Assembly (NCBI GenBank): GCA_041483895.1
Contig: JBGPGO010000001.1
Span: 224,001-288,000 of the forward strand
DNA: 64,000 bases
From: Fimbriimonadia bacterium
GTDB lineage: Bacteria; Armatimonadota; Fimbriimonadia; Fimbriimonadales; JABRVX01
Direction of reading: 5' to 3'
In this document: in pieces, positions 1 through 9,703 of the stretch
Layout of the letters: every line of letters begins with the position of its first letter
Numbering within the stretch: position 1 is the stretch's first letter
Notes under the pieces: generated by a model
Database searches by the model: none
The model's input: only the letters and a program-made list of their open reading frames with translations
Told to the model about the DNA's origin: nothing
Translations under genes and position numbers: made by a program

Positions 1-2
1 AT

Positions 3-1586
3 GGCCGCATGACATTCCATTCCAAGACAGGGGCCATCAGTTTCAACGTCGATCCCTATACCTTTTACAGCAGTCTGCCTATCGGAGGCGCAAATCCGTT
101 CGATCCAAGGGCCTGGTACGACCGAAGTATCGGGCGGTTCTGGATCAGTTACGCCTTGGCGACCAATGGCCGCGGTTACAACCTGATAGGCCTCTCGGAC
201 GACAGCAATCCTAACGGGAATTGGACGTTGTGGATGCTGAACGATTCCCTCAATAATCAGAATGACGTGGCCGACTGGGCCGACTATCCGGGATTGGGAG
301 GAAACGACGACTTCCTAGTGCTCACGATGAACATGTACCTGGACGCCGGCGGCGGTTACGGCAAAATCCGGCTGATGTCCAAAACGCAGTTTGTGAACGG
401 ATCGAGCACGATCAGTTGGACCGATTTCTGGAATTTCAGCAATCCCGCCTTTGGGCACGGCACGGCCTGGAGCTTGCAGCCGGCGCGCCACATCGGACCC
501 AGCGCAATGCCATTGATCGCAAACATCAGCGGCGCGAACCGATGCAACATTTACGGCATTCAGAACCCTGGGACCAGCCCCACTTTGAAGAAGTACGGGG
601 TCGCTGTCAACACCTTCGCCGGTGGACCGAACGCCGATCAGAAAGGGACGGTCGCGCAGCTGAGCACAGTGGGCGATCGAATTTACGACGTGGCCGCGAG
701 GGACAGTCATATCCTTGTCACGCACAACATCACCGGCGGGGGAGGATGCTGCATCCGATGGTATGACATCAACGTGTCGGCCTTTCCGCCGTCCGCAAGC
801 GTCATCCAACAGGGGAACATCGAGGACGCCATCGCGGACATCTATTACGGCGCTCCCCAGATGAACCAGTTCGGCGTGATCGGCACGGGCGTCACGAAGT
901 CCAGCGCGGCGGAATATGCGTCGCTCTACTTTGCCGGGCGCGAGCCAAGCGATCCGCTGGGGACGATGCAGCCGTTGGTGCTGAAAAAGTCGGGAACCAG
1001 CCCGTATGGCTCGTCTGGCGTGCAGCGTTGGGGCGATTATCAGGGCGGCGCGGTCGATCCATACGACGAGACGACGTTCTGGGCGATCGCGATGGTGCCG
1101 GTCAGCGGGATTTGGGCGACGGAGATCTACTCCTATCAGCTTGGTGCGCTGCCCGCATCCCTTATTGGGACGATCACGCTCGATCAATGGGTTGCCTCCC
1201 GCGCGGGTCTCACGGCCAATCTGGAATTACGCAATCCTGGCACGACGACGGTGGCGCATACTTATCCGATTACGCTCAGCTCATCCGGACACTATTCCTT
1301 GCCGAACGTGGCTATCGGCACATGGGACGTTGCGGTCAAGTTTTCTCATTGGCTTCGCGCAAAGGCCACCAATCGAACGATCAGCAACGGCTCGAATTTG
1401 GCCAACTTTGTGCTGACGAACGGCGATGCCTTTGCTGACAATTCCATCGATTTGGGCGATCTGAACCAGGTTATGACGGAATTCGGCACTGCGTCAACGG
1501 ACACAGATTTAGATGGCAGCGGTCTGGTCGATCTGCCAGATCTCAATATCGTGCTGACGAACTTTGCGATGTCCGGGGCGCAGTAG
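3..1586 (+). CDS. Secreted WGDY-motif protein with C-terminal beta-sandwich plus dockerin/EF-hand-like domain (5'-truncated by window edge)
   Basis: Frame is open from the window start (..GRMTFH aligns with VNGRITIH of the paralog at 4655). Contains RWGDY and a C-terminal GDAFADNSIDLGDLN..DLDGSGLVDLPDLN double EF-hand-like repeat. Confidence 0.8.
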   Translation, partial: GRMTFHSKTGAISFNVDPYTFYSSLPIGGANPFDPRAWYDRSIGRFWISYALATNGRGYNLIGLSDDSNPNGNWTLWMLNDSLNNQNDVADWADYPGLGGNDDFLVLTMNMYLDAGGGYGKIRLMSKTQFVNGSSTISWTDFWNFSNPAFGHGTAWSLQPARHIGPSAMPLIANISGANRCNIYGIQNPGTSPTLKKYGVAVNTFAGGPNADQKGTVAQLSTVGDRIYDVAARDSHILVTHNITGGGGCCIRWYDINVSAFPPSASVIQQGNIEDAIADIYYGAPQMNQFGVIGTGVTKSSAAEYASLYFAGREPSDPLGTMQPLVLKKSGTSPYGSSGVQRWGDYQGGAVDPYDETTFWAIAMVPVSGIWATEIYSYQLGALPASLIGTITLDQWVASRAGLTANLELRNPGTTTVAHTYPITLSSSGHYSLPNVAIGTWDVAVKFSHWLRAKATNRTISNGSNLANFVLTNGDAFADNSIDLGDLNQVMTEFGTASTDTDLDGSGLVDLPDLNIVLTNFAMSGAQ

Positions 1587-1992
1587 TACACGCTCGAGTC
1601 TACTAATGGCGATGGTCGGTCGGTGCCATCCTGGCCGTAGCCATGATTCGACGCAATTGCGTCGGTCATGGACCTTCACGTCATGATTAATCGCGACATC
1701 CTGGGACATTGCTTGTTTGGTATCTTTGTGAGAAAATGACGACCATGTTATGTGATCTCCCCTTATGGCAATTCACCGAAAGTCGGAGTACCATGTTAAT
1801 GGCCGCCTTCTAAGGAAAGAATGGTGGACCATGATGGGGCTGTACGTAACAAGCCCAACCGGAGCTCAACCCACAGGTTGGCCGAAGACTCTGAGTGAAA
1901 CGATTCCCGAGCATGACCTGGCGATGGACGTTGACGGAGCGATCATCTTCGTGACGGCAGACGGAGACGTCAAGGCATATTGGGGATATTGA
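1587..1992 (+). pseudogene. Possible decayed beta-propeller-like repeat gene remnant (includes 75-aa ORF 1765-1992)
   Basis: Similar short motifs recur across stops and frames: STNGDGRSVPSWP*, YVISPYGNSP, LYVTSPTGAQPTGWP; MVDHDGAV vs MDVDGAII. Confidence 0.3.
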
Positions 1993-1999
1993 TGTCTAG

Positions 2000-2029
2000 C
2001 TACTGGGGAGGCGCTTGCCTCCCCAGTAG
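2000..2029. terminator. Perfect 13-bp hairpin, probable terminator or REP
   Basis: ctactggggaggc-gctt-gcctccccagtag followed by attt. Confidence 0.55.
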
Positions 2030-2047
2030 ATTTGGATGGAGATCGTC

Positions 2048-3391
2048 ATGAGAAACCTTTTGCTGTTCGTGCCTCTGCTGCTCCTACAGGCGCGAGGGCT
2101 CGCGCAAACCAAATGGCACCACGAATTGCTCAACACGCGAATTATTCAGATGGAGGGCCGCCTTGATGTCTTCTTCCGAGTGAATCCCTCAAACATCCCA
2201 ATCTATACGGCGCAGCCCATTGGTTACCCGGGGATGCACGCCTGGCGAGGAACGGAGAGCTTGAATGATACATATCTTGCGTATCCAAGTCAAGGCAAGG
2301 GATTCCAGATTAACCGCGCGGGCGAGGTTGCCTACACAGCACTGACTTTGTCTTCCCTCAAAGTGATGGTTGAAGGCACCGACTACTTTGAACCCATATT
2401 CGGTAAGAGCAAGAACTACTCGCTATTCATCGGTGGACTGAGTCAGAGTGGCATTCCTTTGTGGTTGGCGGACGATAGCACGACGCACGTGGTGCGAATA
2501 TTTTATGGCCTGGATGAACTAACCGAGGGGCGGCAATACTTCCTCCCGAAACCTCTCAAAGTGAACGAGAAAGGCGACGCGTTGTGGACGGGATACTACG
2601 AGGAAAACGGCCAGGATATCGAAGGCGTATTCGTCAACAAGACGGACGTTTCCACCCCGCTCCTGGGAGGCAACGCGTTCGTCCTCGCCGCCGATATGAA
2701 CGACAGTGGCGATGTCATCTTCGCCGGCACGGGTGACAACTTCGGTTTGAAGCAGAAGCTGTTTCTCAATGGCGTCAATATTACCGACACATATGGCATT
2801 GGCATGCTCCAAGTGAATCAGATCCGTTTGTCCAACAGCGGCCACTACTTGTGGCATATTATGGATCCGGACCGTCGCGAGCGCCTCATGTTCGACCATG
2901 TGGATCTGTCGCGGGCGGTGCTCGGGGATGTGGACTATGGGATTTACCAAGGGGAGCTATTCATCAACGATGCCGGGGACGTCGGTTGGACCGCGCAAGG
3001 AGACAGCTTCCATAAGAAGATATTTCGCAATAAGATCGATGTCTCTACCAACGCGATCGGATTCCCCTACGCGCCCTATGCGCCGTCACTCGTCGGGATC
3101 GATGGCATGGGAAATGTCGCCTGGTCCGGGGGCGGACCGCTAACCAACAACAAATACGAAGCGTTCGTCAACGATTTTTCAATTAGTCGCGACGCCCTCA
3201 AAGACCAGCCCTATGGCAACGCGTACGCCCTCGCCATTGGGGCGAATGGCGCCGTGCTCTGGTACTCGAACTATGCCGGAGACGGCTTCGCGAAGATCTG
3301 GCTCTCCACACCGGTACCGGAGCCATCGGCATTCACCCTTCTCGGCATCGGCCTCATCGGATATCTTATCAGAAGGCGGTCGAAGCCCTAA
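2048..3391 (+). CDS. PEP-CTERM sorting domain surface protein with internal INDAGDVxW-type repeats
   Basis: Signal peptide; C-terminus STPVPEPSAFTLLGIGLIGYLIRRRSKP; GGAG SD before ATG 2048. Confidence 0.85.
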   Translation: MRNLLLFVPLLLLQARGLAQTKWHHELLNTRIIQMEGRLDVFFRVNPSNIPIYTAQPIGYPGMHAWRGTESLNDTYLAYPSQGKGFQINRAGEVAYTALTLSSLKVMVEGTDYFEPIFGKSKNYSLFIGGLSQSGIPLWLADDSTTHVVRIFYGLDELTEGRQYFLPKPLKVNEKGDALWTGYYEENGQDIEGVFVNKTDVSTPLLGGNAFVLAADMNDSGDVIFAGTGDNFGLKQKLFLNGVNITDTYGIGMLQVNQIRLSNSGHYLWHIMDPDRRERLMFDHVDLSRAVLGDVDYGIYQGELFINDAGDVGWTAQGDSFHKKIFRNKIDVSTNAIGFPYAPYAPSLVGIDGMGNVAWSGGGPLTNNKYEAFVNDFSISRDALKDQPYGNAYALAIGANGAVLWYSNYAGDGFAKIWLSTPVPEPSAFTLLGIGLIGYLIRRRSKP

Positions 3392-4491
3392 GCCCCCCTC
3401 CGAAACCCATCCATGAATTGCGCCAATGCCTCGCAGCCGGCGAGCGGAAACGCGTTGTAAACAGATGCGCGAAGGCCGCCGACGGAGCGATGCCCTTTCA
3501 GACCGGAGAATCCCGCCGACTCGGACTCGGCGACAAACCTCTTCTCCAGCTCTTCCGACGGCAGCCGGAAAGTGATGTTCATGCGGGAGCGGCTATCTGG
3601 CCGCGCATGCCCGCGATAGAAGCCGTCGCTCGAATCGATCGCATCATAAATCACGGCCGCCTTCTTCCTGTTTCGCTCCGCCATCACGGTCAGGCCGCCC
3701 TCGTCCAGCAAGTATTTTGCGACCAACCCGACCATGTAGATGGTGAAGCACGGCGGCGTGTTATACAGCGAATTGTTGGACGCCATCACCTTATAGTCGA
3801 GCATGGTATGCAGACCTTCCGCCGCGGTCTCCAGAAAGTCGTCGCAGATGATGCAGCAGGTCGCGCCGGCGGGACCCATGTTCTTTTGAGTGCCCGCGTA
3901 GATGAGCGAAAATCTGCTCACGTCAATCGGCCCGCTCAAAATATCGGAAGACATATCGCACACCAGGTGATGGCGCCCAACCGATGGCACATAGCTGAAT
4001 TCGGTTCCGAAAATTGTGTTGTTGGACGTGTAATGCACGTAGGCGGCGCCGGACGAGAAGCTCAATTCTTGTTGTGATGGGATTCGATCGAAGTTGGTCT
4101 CCTCCGAAGTGCCGGCAACATGAACGGTACCGACCCGCTTCGCCTCTTTGATCGCCTTCTTGGACCATTCGCCCGTGTTGATGTAATCGGCGCTGCCCGT
4201 ACGCGGTAGGAAGTTCATGGCGATCATGGAGAACTGCATGCTGGCCCCGCCTTGCAAGAACAAAATCTTGTAGTTGGAGGGAATCCCAAGCAGCGCGGCC
4301 AGATCCTGTTGCGTCTTCTCCAAAATCCCTTCAAATACTTTGCCGCGATGGCTTAGCTCCAGCACCGACATACCGACGCCGGGCAGAGAAAAGAGATCCC
4401 GCTGCGCCTGGCGCAATACCGGCTCCGGCAGAATCGCCGGTCCCGCCGAAAAATTGTAGATCCGCTCGGTCGTAACATCCGTTACATTCAT
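3388..4491 (-). CDS. serC: Phosphoserine aminotransferase
   Basis: YNFSAGPAILP, GTQKNMGPAG (PLP lysine), GHRSVGGLRASVYNA motifs. Confidence 0.97.
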   Translation of the reverse strand: MNVTDVTTERIYNFSAGPAILPEPVLRQAQRDLFSLPGVGMSVLELSHRGKVFEGILEKTQQDLAALLGIPSNYKILFLQGGASMQFSMIAMNFLPRTGSADYINTGEWSKKAIKEAKRVGTVHVAGTSEETNFDRIPSQQELSFSSGAAYVHYTSNNTIFGTEFSYVPSVGRHHLVCDMSSDILSGPIDVSRFSLIYAGTQKNMGPAGATCCIICDDFLETAAEGLHTMLDYKVMASNNSLYNTPPCFTIYMVGLVAKYLLDEGGLTVMAERNRKKAAVIYDAIDSSDGFYRGHARPDSRSRMNITFRLPSEELEKRFVAESESAGFSGLKGHRSVGGLRASVYNAFPLAGCEALAQFMDGFRRGA

Positions 4492-4544
4492 TGAGTCCTC
4501 CCGGTCGATTCGCTGTTCCTATTGTATTCGAAACGCAGCCTCGG

Positions 4545-4559
4545 TGGCACGGTAATTGC
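4545..4559 (+). promoter_or_regulatory. Sigma54-type -24/-12 promoter match
   Basis: TGGCACGGTAATTGC matches TGGCACG-N4-TTGC, about 95 nt upstream of ATG 4655. Confidence 0.5.
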
Positions 4560-4654
4560 CGCCAGTTGAAGGAACCGGACCTCTTGCGAACGTGTTAAGT
4601 AGTAGTACTGGAAGCGGCCCACTTGAGGGCCCCAAACGGAATCTTGGAGGATTT

Positions 4655-6655
4655 ATGTCACAAAGTCGATTTGCGCTCTCCGGCGTCGCGCTGATGGCGA
4701 TGGCAGCGGGTTCCCTTGCCCAGGGCCCGCAATACGACCCGGAGTCGGAGGCCATGAAACAGACCGTCACAATGAGGGTACCCATGGTGGTAGACACCAC
4801 CGCAGCAATGCAGTATCGAGAGCAGTTCCTCCGGCCACCCACGGGAATCTTGACCGTTCCGATCGGCCTTCCGAAGGAGTTGCTCCACTACTTTCCTGTA
4901 GGCAACGGTTTTGCATATAACCGGACACAGAACGACATCATGAGCCAACTTGGCTCTCCGGCGGGAGCGTTCCCAGGTCCCGGCGAACAGGGCCTGACCC
5001 CCGGGGACCCCGACGTTGCAGTGGGACCCGACTATGTGGTTGGAGTGGTCAATGGCCGAATCACCATCCACAACAAGGTCACCGGCGCAATCACCTTCAA
5101 CGTAAATCCAACGACATTCTTCAACGGCTTCGGCATCCCATTCTCGCTCGTGTATGATCCTCGCTGCTGGTACGATCAGTCTTCGGGCCGATTTTGGATT
5201 ATGTACGGCGGGTTGCATAACACGTTGAACATCAGCTACTTCTTGGTAGCCATGTCCGACGACAGCGATCCCAGGGGCACATGGACGAAATGGGCGCTCA
5301 ACTCGACTCTCAACGGCACGGTCGACAGCCTAGCGTGGAGCGATTATCCCGGCTTCGGGGGAAACAGCGACGTCCTGATGTTCACTGGCAACATGTTTGG
5401 ATTCTCCAGTGGTGGCGGTTATGGCAAGATTCGCGTCGCTCCCAAGGCGCAGTTCCTAGCCCTATCACCGACCATCACCTACACCGACATTTGGAGCTTC
5501 TCGAATCCCAGCGGCGGCACGGCATGGAGTCTGCAGCCGGCAAGGCACATTGGTTCCAGCGTCATGCCGTTACTCGCCAACGTCAGCGGAACAAACCGCT
5601 GCAACATCTTCGGCATTCAGAACCCCCTGACGACACCGGTCCTGAAGAAGATTGGCGTTTCAGTGTCGGCGTTCGGCGGTTCGGGAGCTGCCAATCAGAA
5701 GGGGACAACAGTGACCCTTGACACCCTGGACGGCCGCATCTATGACGTGGCTTGCCGAGACAACCGGGTTTTGGTCAGCCATAACATAGGCGGCGGTGGC
5801 GGATCGGTTGTCCGCTGGTACGACATTAATGCATCGTCGTTCCCGACAACCGCGTCGCTCACCCAATCCGGCAACTTGACCGACGCGACTTCCGACATCT
5901 ACTATTGCGCCCCGCAGATCAATCAGTACGGAACCATCGGCGCTGGAATTACCAAGTCGAGCGCGACCGAATTCGTATCTCTGTACTACACCGGCCATGA
6001 AACGACGGATGGCGCCGGCACAATGAAGGCGCTGACACTGAAGAAGGCCGCGACCTTGGGATATACCGGTAATGGCAACGGCGGCACGCAGCGATGGGGT
6101 GACTACCAGGGTGGCGACATCGATCCCGTCGATAACTACACGTTCTGGGCCATCGCGATGGTTCCCACGAGCGCATCGGCGTGGACAACGGAGATCTACT
6201 CCTACACCATCGGCGCGCTGCCCGCAAGCCTGACGGGAACGATCACCCTCGACGGCTGGTCCGCATCGCCGTCCGGTCAGTCCGCAACCCTCGAATTCCG
6301 CACGCCAAGCACGACGACGGTAGTCTATTCCTATCCAATCACGCTCGATGGATCGGGGCAATTCACCCTTCCCACCGTAGCGACGGGAACGTATGACATC
6401 GCCGTCAAGTTCTCGCACTGGCTCCGGAATTTGGTCCCCAGCAAGACCATCAGTGCAGGCGCCAATTCGATCATCCTGTCGCTTACGAATGGCGATGCAT
6501 TCGTGGACAATGGCGTCAACTTGCCCGATCTCAATGAGATCTTCACGAACTTTGCCACTGTGCTTGCCAGCGCCGACATGGATGGCAGTGGCTTGGTAGA
6601 TCTTCCCGATCTCAACATGGTATTCACGAACTTCGCGCTCAACGGCGTGCCGTAG
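4655..6655 (+). CDS. Secreted WGDY-motif protein with C-terminal dockerin-like domain (paralog 2)
   Basis: GGAGG SD before ATG 4655; signal peptide; PGDPDVAVGP, DPRCWYD, DYPGFG, RWGDY; strong similarity to 3-1586. Confidence 0.88.
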   Translation: MSQSRFALSGVALMAMAAGSLAQGPQYDPESEAMKQTVTMRVPMVVDTTAAMQYREQFLRPPTGILTVPIGLPKELLHYFPVGNGFAYNRTQNDIMSQLGSPAGAFPGPGEQGLTPGDPDVAVGPDYVVGVVNGRITIHNKVTGAITFNVNPTTFFNGFGIPFSLVYDPRCWYDQSSGRFWIMYGGLHNTLNISYFLVAMSDDSDPRGTWTKWALNSTLNGTVDSLAWSDYPGFGGNSDVLMFTGNMFGFSSGGGYGKIRVAPKAQFLALSPTITYTDIWSFSNPSGGTAWSLQPARHIGSSVMPLLANVSGTNRCNIFGIQNPLTTPVLKKIGVSVSAFGGSGAANQKGTTVTLDTLDGRIYDVACRDNRVLVSHNIGGGGGSVVRWYDINASSFPTTASLTQSGNLTDATSDIYYCAPQINQYGTIGAGITKSSATEFVSLYYTGHETTDGAGTMKALTLKKAATLGYTGNGNGGTQRWGDYQGGDIDPVDNYTFWAIAMVPTSASAWTTEIYSYTIGALPASLTGTITLDGWSASPSGQSATLEFRTPSTTTVVYSYPITLDGSGQFTLPTVATGTYDIAVKFSHWLRNLVPSKTISAGANSIILSLTNGDAFVDNGVNLPDLNEIFTNFATVLASADMDGSGLVDLPDLNMVFTNFALNGVP

Positions 6656-6685
6656 AAGCCGGTTCAAGAACCCTCAAACTCGCCA

Positions 6686-6728
6686 ACCGGGTGGCTGCCA
6701 AAAATACTGGCAACCACCCGGTAATTTT
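6686..6728 (+). terminator. Intrinsic terminator-like hairpin
   Basis: accgggtggctgcca-aaaatac-tggcaaccacccggt followed by aatttt. Confidence 0.6.
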
Positions 6729-6808
6729 ATACAGTTCTGATATAATGCTCGGGTTGTTGTTATTTATTCCGGGCATCGAACCGCCCGCTTGTTTCAGGAG
6801 AAGGGGAA

Positions 6809-8728
6809 TTGGAACGTGTTTTTTTGCGCCGGCTCGCCGGCGCTGTCCTGCTGTCGGGTTGCCTGTCGCTTGCCTCAGGCCAATCAGAATATTTTGATCC
6901 GCAGTCCGGCTGTTACAAAGCGACGGTGTCGGAATTGGCTCCGTTTTCGAAAGATTCGACGGAAGCCATTGCCGCGCGGGATCTCGCCTTTCCTCCGCCA
7001 ACCGCGACGTCCATCGTCCCGATCGGCCTCCCTGGAGATTCTTTTCCAGGCCCCTCGCAAAACGGTCTGACTCCGGCGGACGCAAATATCGCGGTGGGTT
7101 TGCGCGCAATCGTCGCGACGGTCAATGGCCGAATCTCGATCCACGAAAAGCAAGACGGCACAATCGACTTCGAAGCCAGTCCTAACGCCTTCTTCTCCGA
7201 TCTGCCAATCAGCTACACGCAGATTTTCGATCCGCGCTGCTGGTACGACCGAGACCTCAAACGATTTTGGATCATGTATTGCGCGGTGGATCATACCGCC
7301 GCAACAGGCTATCTGCTGCTCGCGCTCTCCGATGACGAAAACCCGATTGGCACGTGGTATAAGTGGGCCCTGAAGACCCACTTCAATAATACAGAAAGCA
7401 CCAACTATTGGTGCGATTATCCAGGGATGGGCGGCAATAAGGACGTGTTGGCTTTTGGAATGAACATGTTCCCCTTTGGAGTCGGAAGTCCGTATGGAAA
7501 GATTCGAGTTTGCGATAAGACGCAGTTCCTCGCGCTCTCCCCGACGATTACTTGGACAGATTTTTGGGGCTTTAGCAATCCGAGCGGCGGAACGGCCATG
7601 AGTCTCCAGCCGGCACGGCAGATCGGGGGAACCGGCCGTCCAATATTTGCTAACGCGCAGAGCGCAGGACACCTCAATGTTTTTACAGTAGAAGATCCGC
7701 TGGGAATCGCGACTCTGCATGAATACGCTTTGGATATCCCGCCCTACTGGATATCTTTGGGCGCAAGGCAGCCGGAAAACGCCGCGCGGCTCGATACGCT
7801 CGATGGCCGCGTGCTCGACGTTTCGGCGCGGAACGACCGGCTCTTGGTATGCAACAACATCAAGAATGGTGATGGTTGCGCGCTGGCATGGTATGAGGTG
7901 GATCTATCGACCCTTCCCGATGCGGCATCGCTGGTTCAGCAAGGACTGATTGGGGATTCGGAGCACGATCACTGCTATGGCTCCCTACAAAGGAACGGTT
8001 TGGGCACAATCGCCACGGCGAGCACGCGAAGCGGTCCGATGGAAGGCCCTGCCCTAACCGCCACAGGTCATCAACCCAACGATCCGGCGGGAGTAATGGG
8101 AACGGTCATCGTGCTGAGGCAGGCCGACTCGCCCTACCTTGGGCCAGGGGACACTTCTGTTCGATGGGGAGACTATCTTGGCGGCGACGTGGATCCATGC
8201 GACGACTTCACTTTCTGGGGTATCGGCATGCTTCCACACCCGACGGATCCGTCTATTTGGGTGACCGAGATTTGCGCGTACACCATCGGAGAGCCGGTTT
8301 CGACCTTAAATGGCGCGCTTCAGCTCCAATTTGCCGTCGATCCCGACGGCTTAACCGGCACGGCGGAGTTTCGGGCGCCAGGGTCCAAAATCCCGGATTG
8401 CAGCTTCAACATTGCTCTGGATGGTCAGGGATCGTTCGAACTTTCTTCCGCGCCTGTCGGCGTCTGGGATATTGCCATCAAAGTTCGCGGCTATCTGCGT
8501 GCCATTGTGCCGGGCTATCGCGTGGTGGCCGGGAAAAACCGGTTGGAGCTCGCTTTGCCGGCGGGCGATTTGGATGGCAGCAACATTGTCGACACGCCGG
8601 ATTTGAACCTGATTTGCCTTTATTACCTCACTTCATCGCCGGAGGCGGACGTCAATGGGGATGGATATGTGGACATGTACGACCTCAATCCGGTTCTGGT
8701 CAACTTCCTGTTGAGCGGCTCCGAATAG
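6809..8728 (+). CDS. Secreted WGDY-motif protein with C-terminal dockerin-like domain (paralog 3)
   Basis: TTG start after purine-rich SD; signal peptide; same motifs; C-terminal GDLDGSNIVDTPDLN..DVNGDGYVDMYDLN. Confidence 0.85.
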   Translation: MERVFLRRLAGAVLLSGCLSLASGQSEYFDPQSGCYKATVSELAPFSKDSTEAIAARDLAFPPPTATSIVPIGLPGDSFPGPSQNGLTPADANIAVGLRAIVATVNGRISIHEKQDGTIDFEASPNAFFSDLPISYTQIFDPRCWYDRDLKRFWIMYCAVDHTAATGYLLLALSDDENPIGTWYKWALKTHFNNTESTNYWCDYPGMGGNKDVLAFGMNMFPFGVGSPYGKIRVCDKTQFLALSPTITWTDFWGFSNPSGGTAMSLQPARQIGGTGRPIFANAQSAGHLNVFTVEDPLGIATLHEYALDIPPYWISLGARQPENAARLDTLDGRVLDVSARNDRLLVCNNIKNGDGCALAWYEVDLSTLPDAASLVQQGLIGDSEHDHCYGSLQRNGLGTIATASTRSGPMEGPALTATGHQPNDPAGVMGTVIVLRQADSPYLGPGDTSVRWGDYLGGDVDPCDDFTFWGIGMLPHPTDPSIWVTEICAYTIGEPVSTLNGALQLQFAVDPDGLTGTAEFRAPGSKIPDCSFNIALDGQGSFELSSAPVGVWDIAIKVRGYLRAIVPGYRVVAGKNRLELALPAGDLDGSNIVDTPDLNLICLYYLTSSPEADVNGDGYVDMYDLNPVLVNFLLSGSE

Positions 8729-8745
8729 GTCTTTTTGCCGTATAG

Positions 8746-8780
8746 TAGACAAACTAGTAGACTAGTGCTATAATGTCTAC
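8746..8780 (+). promoter_or_regulatory. Sigma70 promoter (leaderless) overlapped by a palindromic operator candidate
   Basis: TAGACA(8746)-17 nt-TATAAT(8769) with TG extension, 6 nt before ATG; GTAGAC-N12-GTCTAC at 8757-8780. Confidence 0.65.
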
Positions 8781-9674
8781 ATGAGAGCCGCCACCATAAC
8801 GGAAACACGAGCGAAAAGCATACTGAACAAGTGTCCACTGGACTTCTCCGACTGGACGCTCAATCCTTATGCCGGCTGCGCGTTCGGCTGCACCTACTGC
8901 TACGTGCCGCCGCTAAAGGCCAAGCTGGGGGTAGAGCTTCCCGGCCCATGGGGCAGCTATGTCGACGTGAAGACAAACGCCGTCGAGCTGCTCCGTCGCG
9001 ACATGAGGAGAGTTGCCCCTACCGACCGCATCGCTATCGGCACGGCTACCGACCCGTACCAGCCGGTTGAGCGGACCCACCGCATTACCCGCTCGCTCTT
9101 GGAGCAGCTATGCTTCTATGAGAACCCTGTCAACATCGTTACCCGGTCGCCGCTGGTGATTCGGGATATCGATGTGCTCGCTAAATTGGAGAATGTGAGC
9201 GTGGGCATGTCGATTCCTACGGCGGATGAGGCGGCGCGGCGGGCTCTGGAGCCGAACGCCACCGCCATTCCGGGTCGTTTGGAGGCCGTTCGCCGGTTGC
9301 GGGACGCGGGAATTCTGGTGTCCATCTATTGGATGCCGATCCTGCCCGGAATCACGGACACGCGGCGCGGCATCCGGCAGTGCCTGGAAGCCTTCCAACC
9401 GCTCGGCGTTCGGGTCGTCGCCGGGGCAATGCGGGACTTTGAGTACTTTCGGCGGCCATACCTTGCCGCCCACTCGGAACTGGTTCGCATCCAGGGGATC
9501 GATTCCACGCAGCTATACGGCCGGGAGATTGGAGAAGAGATGCAGCGCGTGGCCCGGGAGCTGGAAGTGAACCTGGTAATCGCGCCGTCTTTGTTCGAGG
9601 GCAGCACCCGCAGAGTGCCGGCAAGGCGGAAAGCTTGGAACCAGAATGACAGGAGGCAACGTTTAGTGGTATGA
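8781..9674 (+). CDS. Radical SAM protein, spore-photoproduct-lyase (SPL)-like family
   Basis: LNPYAGCAFGCTYCY (CxxxCxxC), TATDPYQPVE, ALEPNA, PILPGITD. Confidence 0.9.
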   Translation: MRAATITETRAKSILNKCPLDFSDWTLNPYAGCAFGCTYCYVPPLKAKLGVELPGPWGSYVDVKTNAVELLRRDMRRVAPTDRIAIGTATDPYQPVERTHRITRSLLEQLCFYENPVNIVTRSPLVIRDIDVLAKLENVSVGMSIPTADEAARRALEPNATAIPGRLEAVRRLRDAGILVSIYWMPILPGITDTRRGIRQCLEAFQPLGVRVVAGAMRDFEYFRRPYLAAHSELVRIQGIDSTQLYGREIGEEMQRVARELEVNLVIAPSLFEGSTRRVPARRKAWNQNDRRQRLVV

Positions 9675-9703
9675 CGGTCCGACATTAACCATAAGAGGTT
9701 TTT

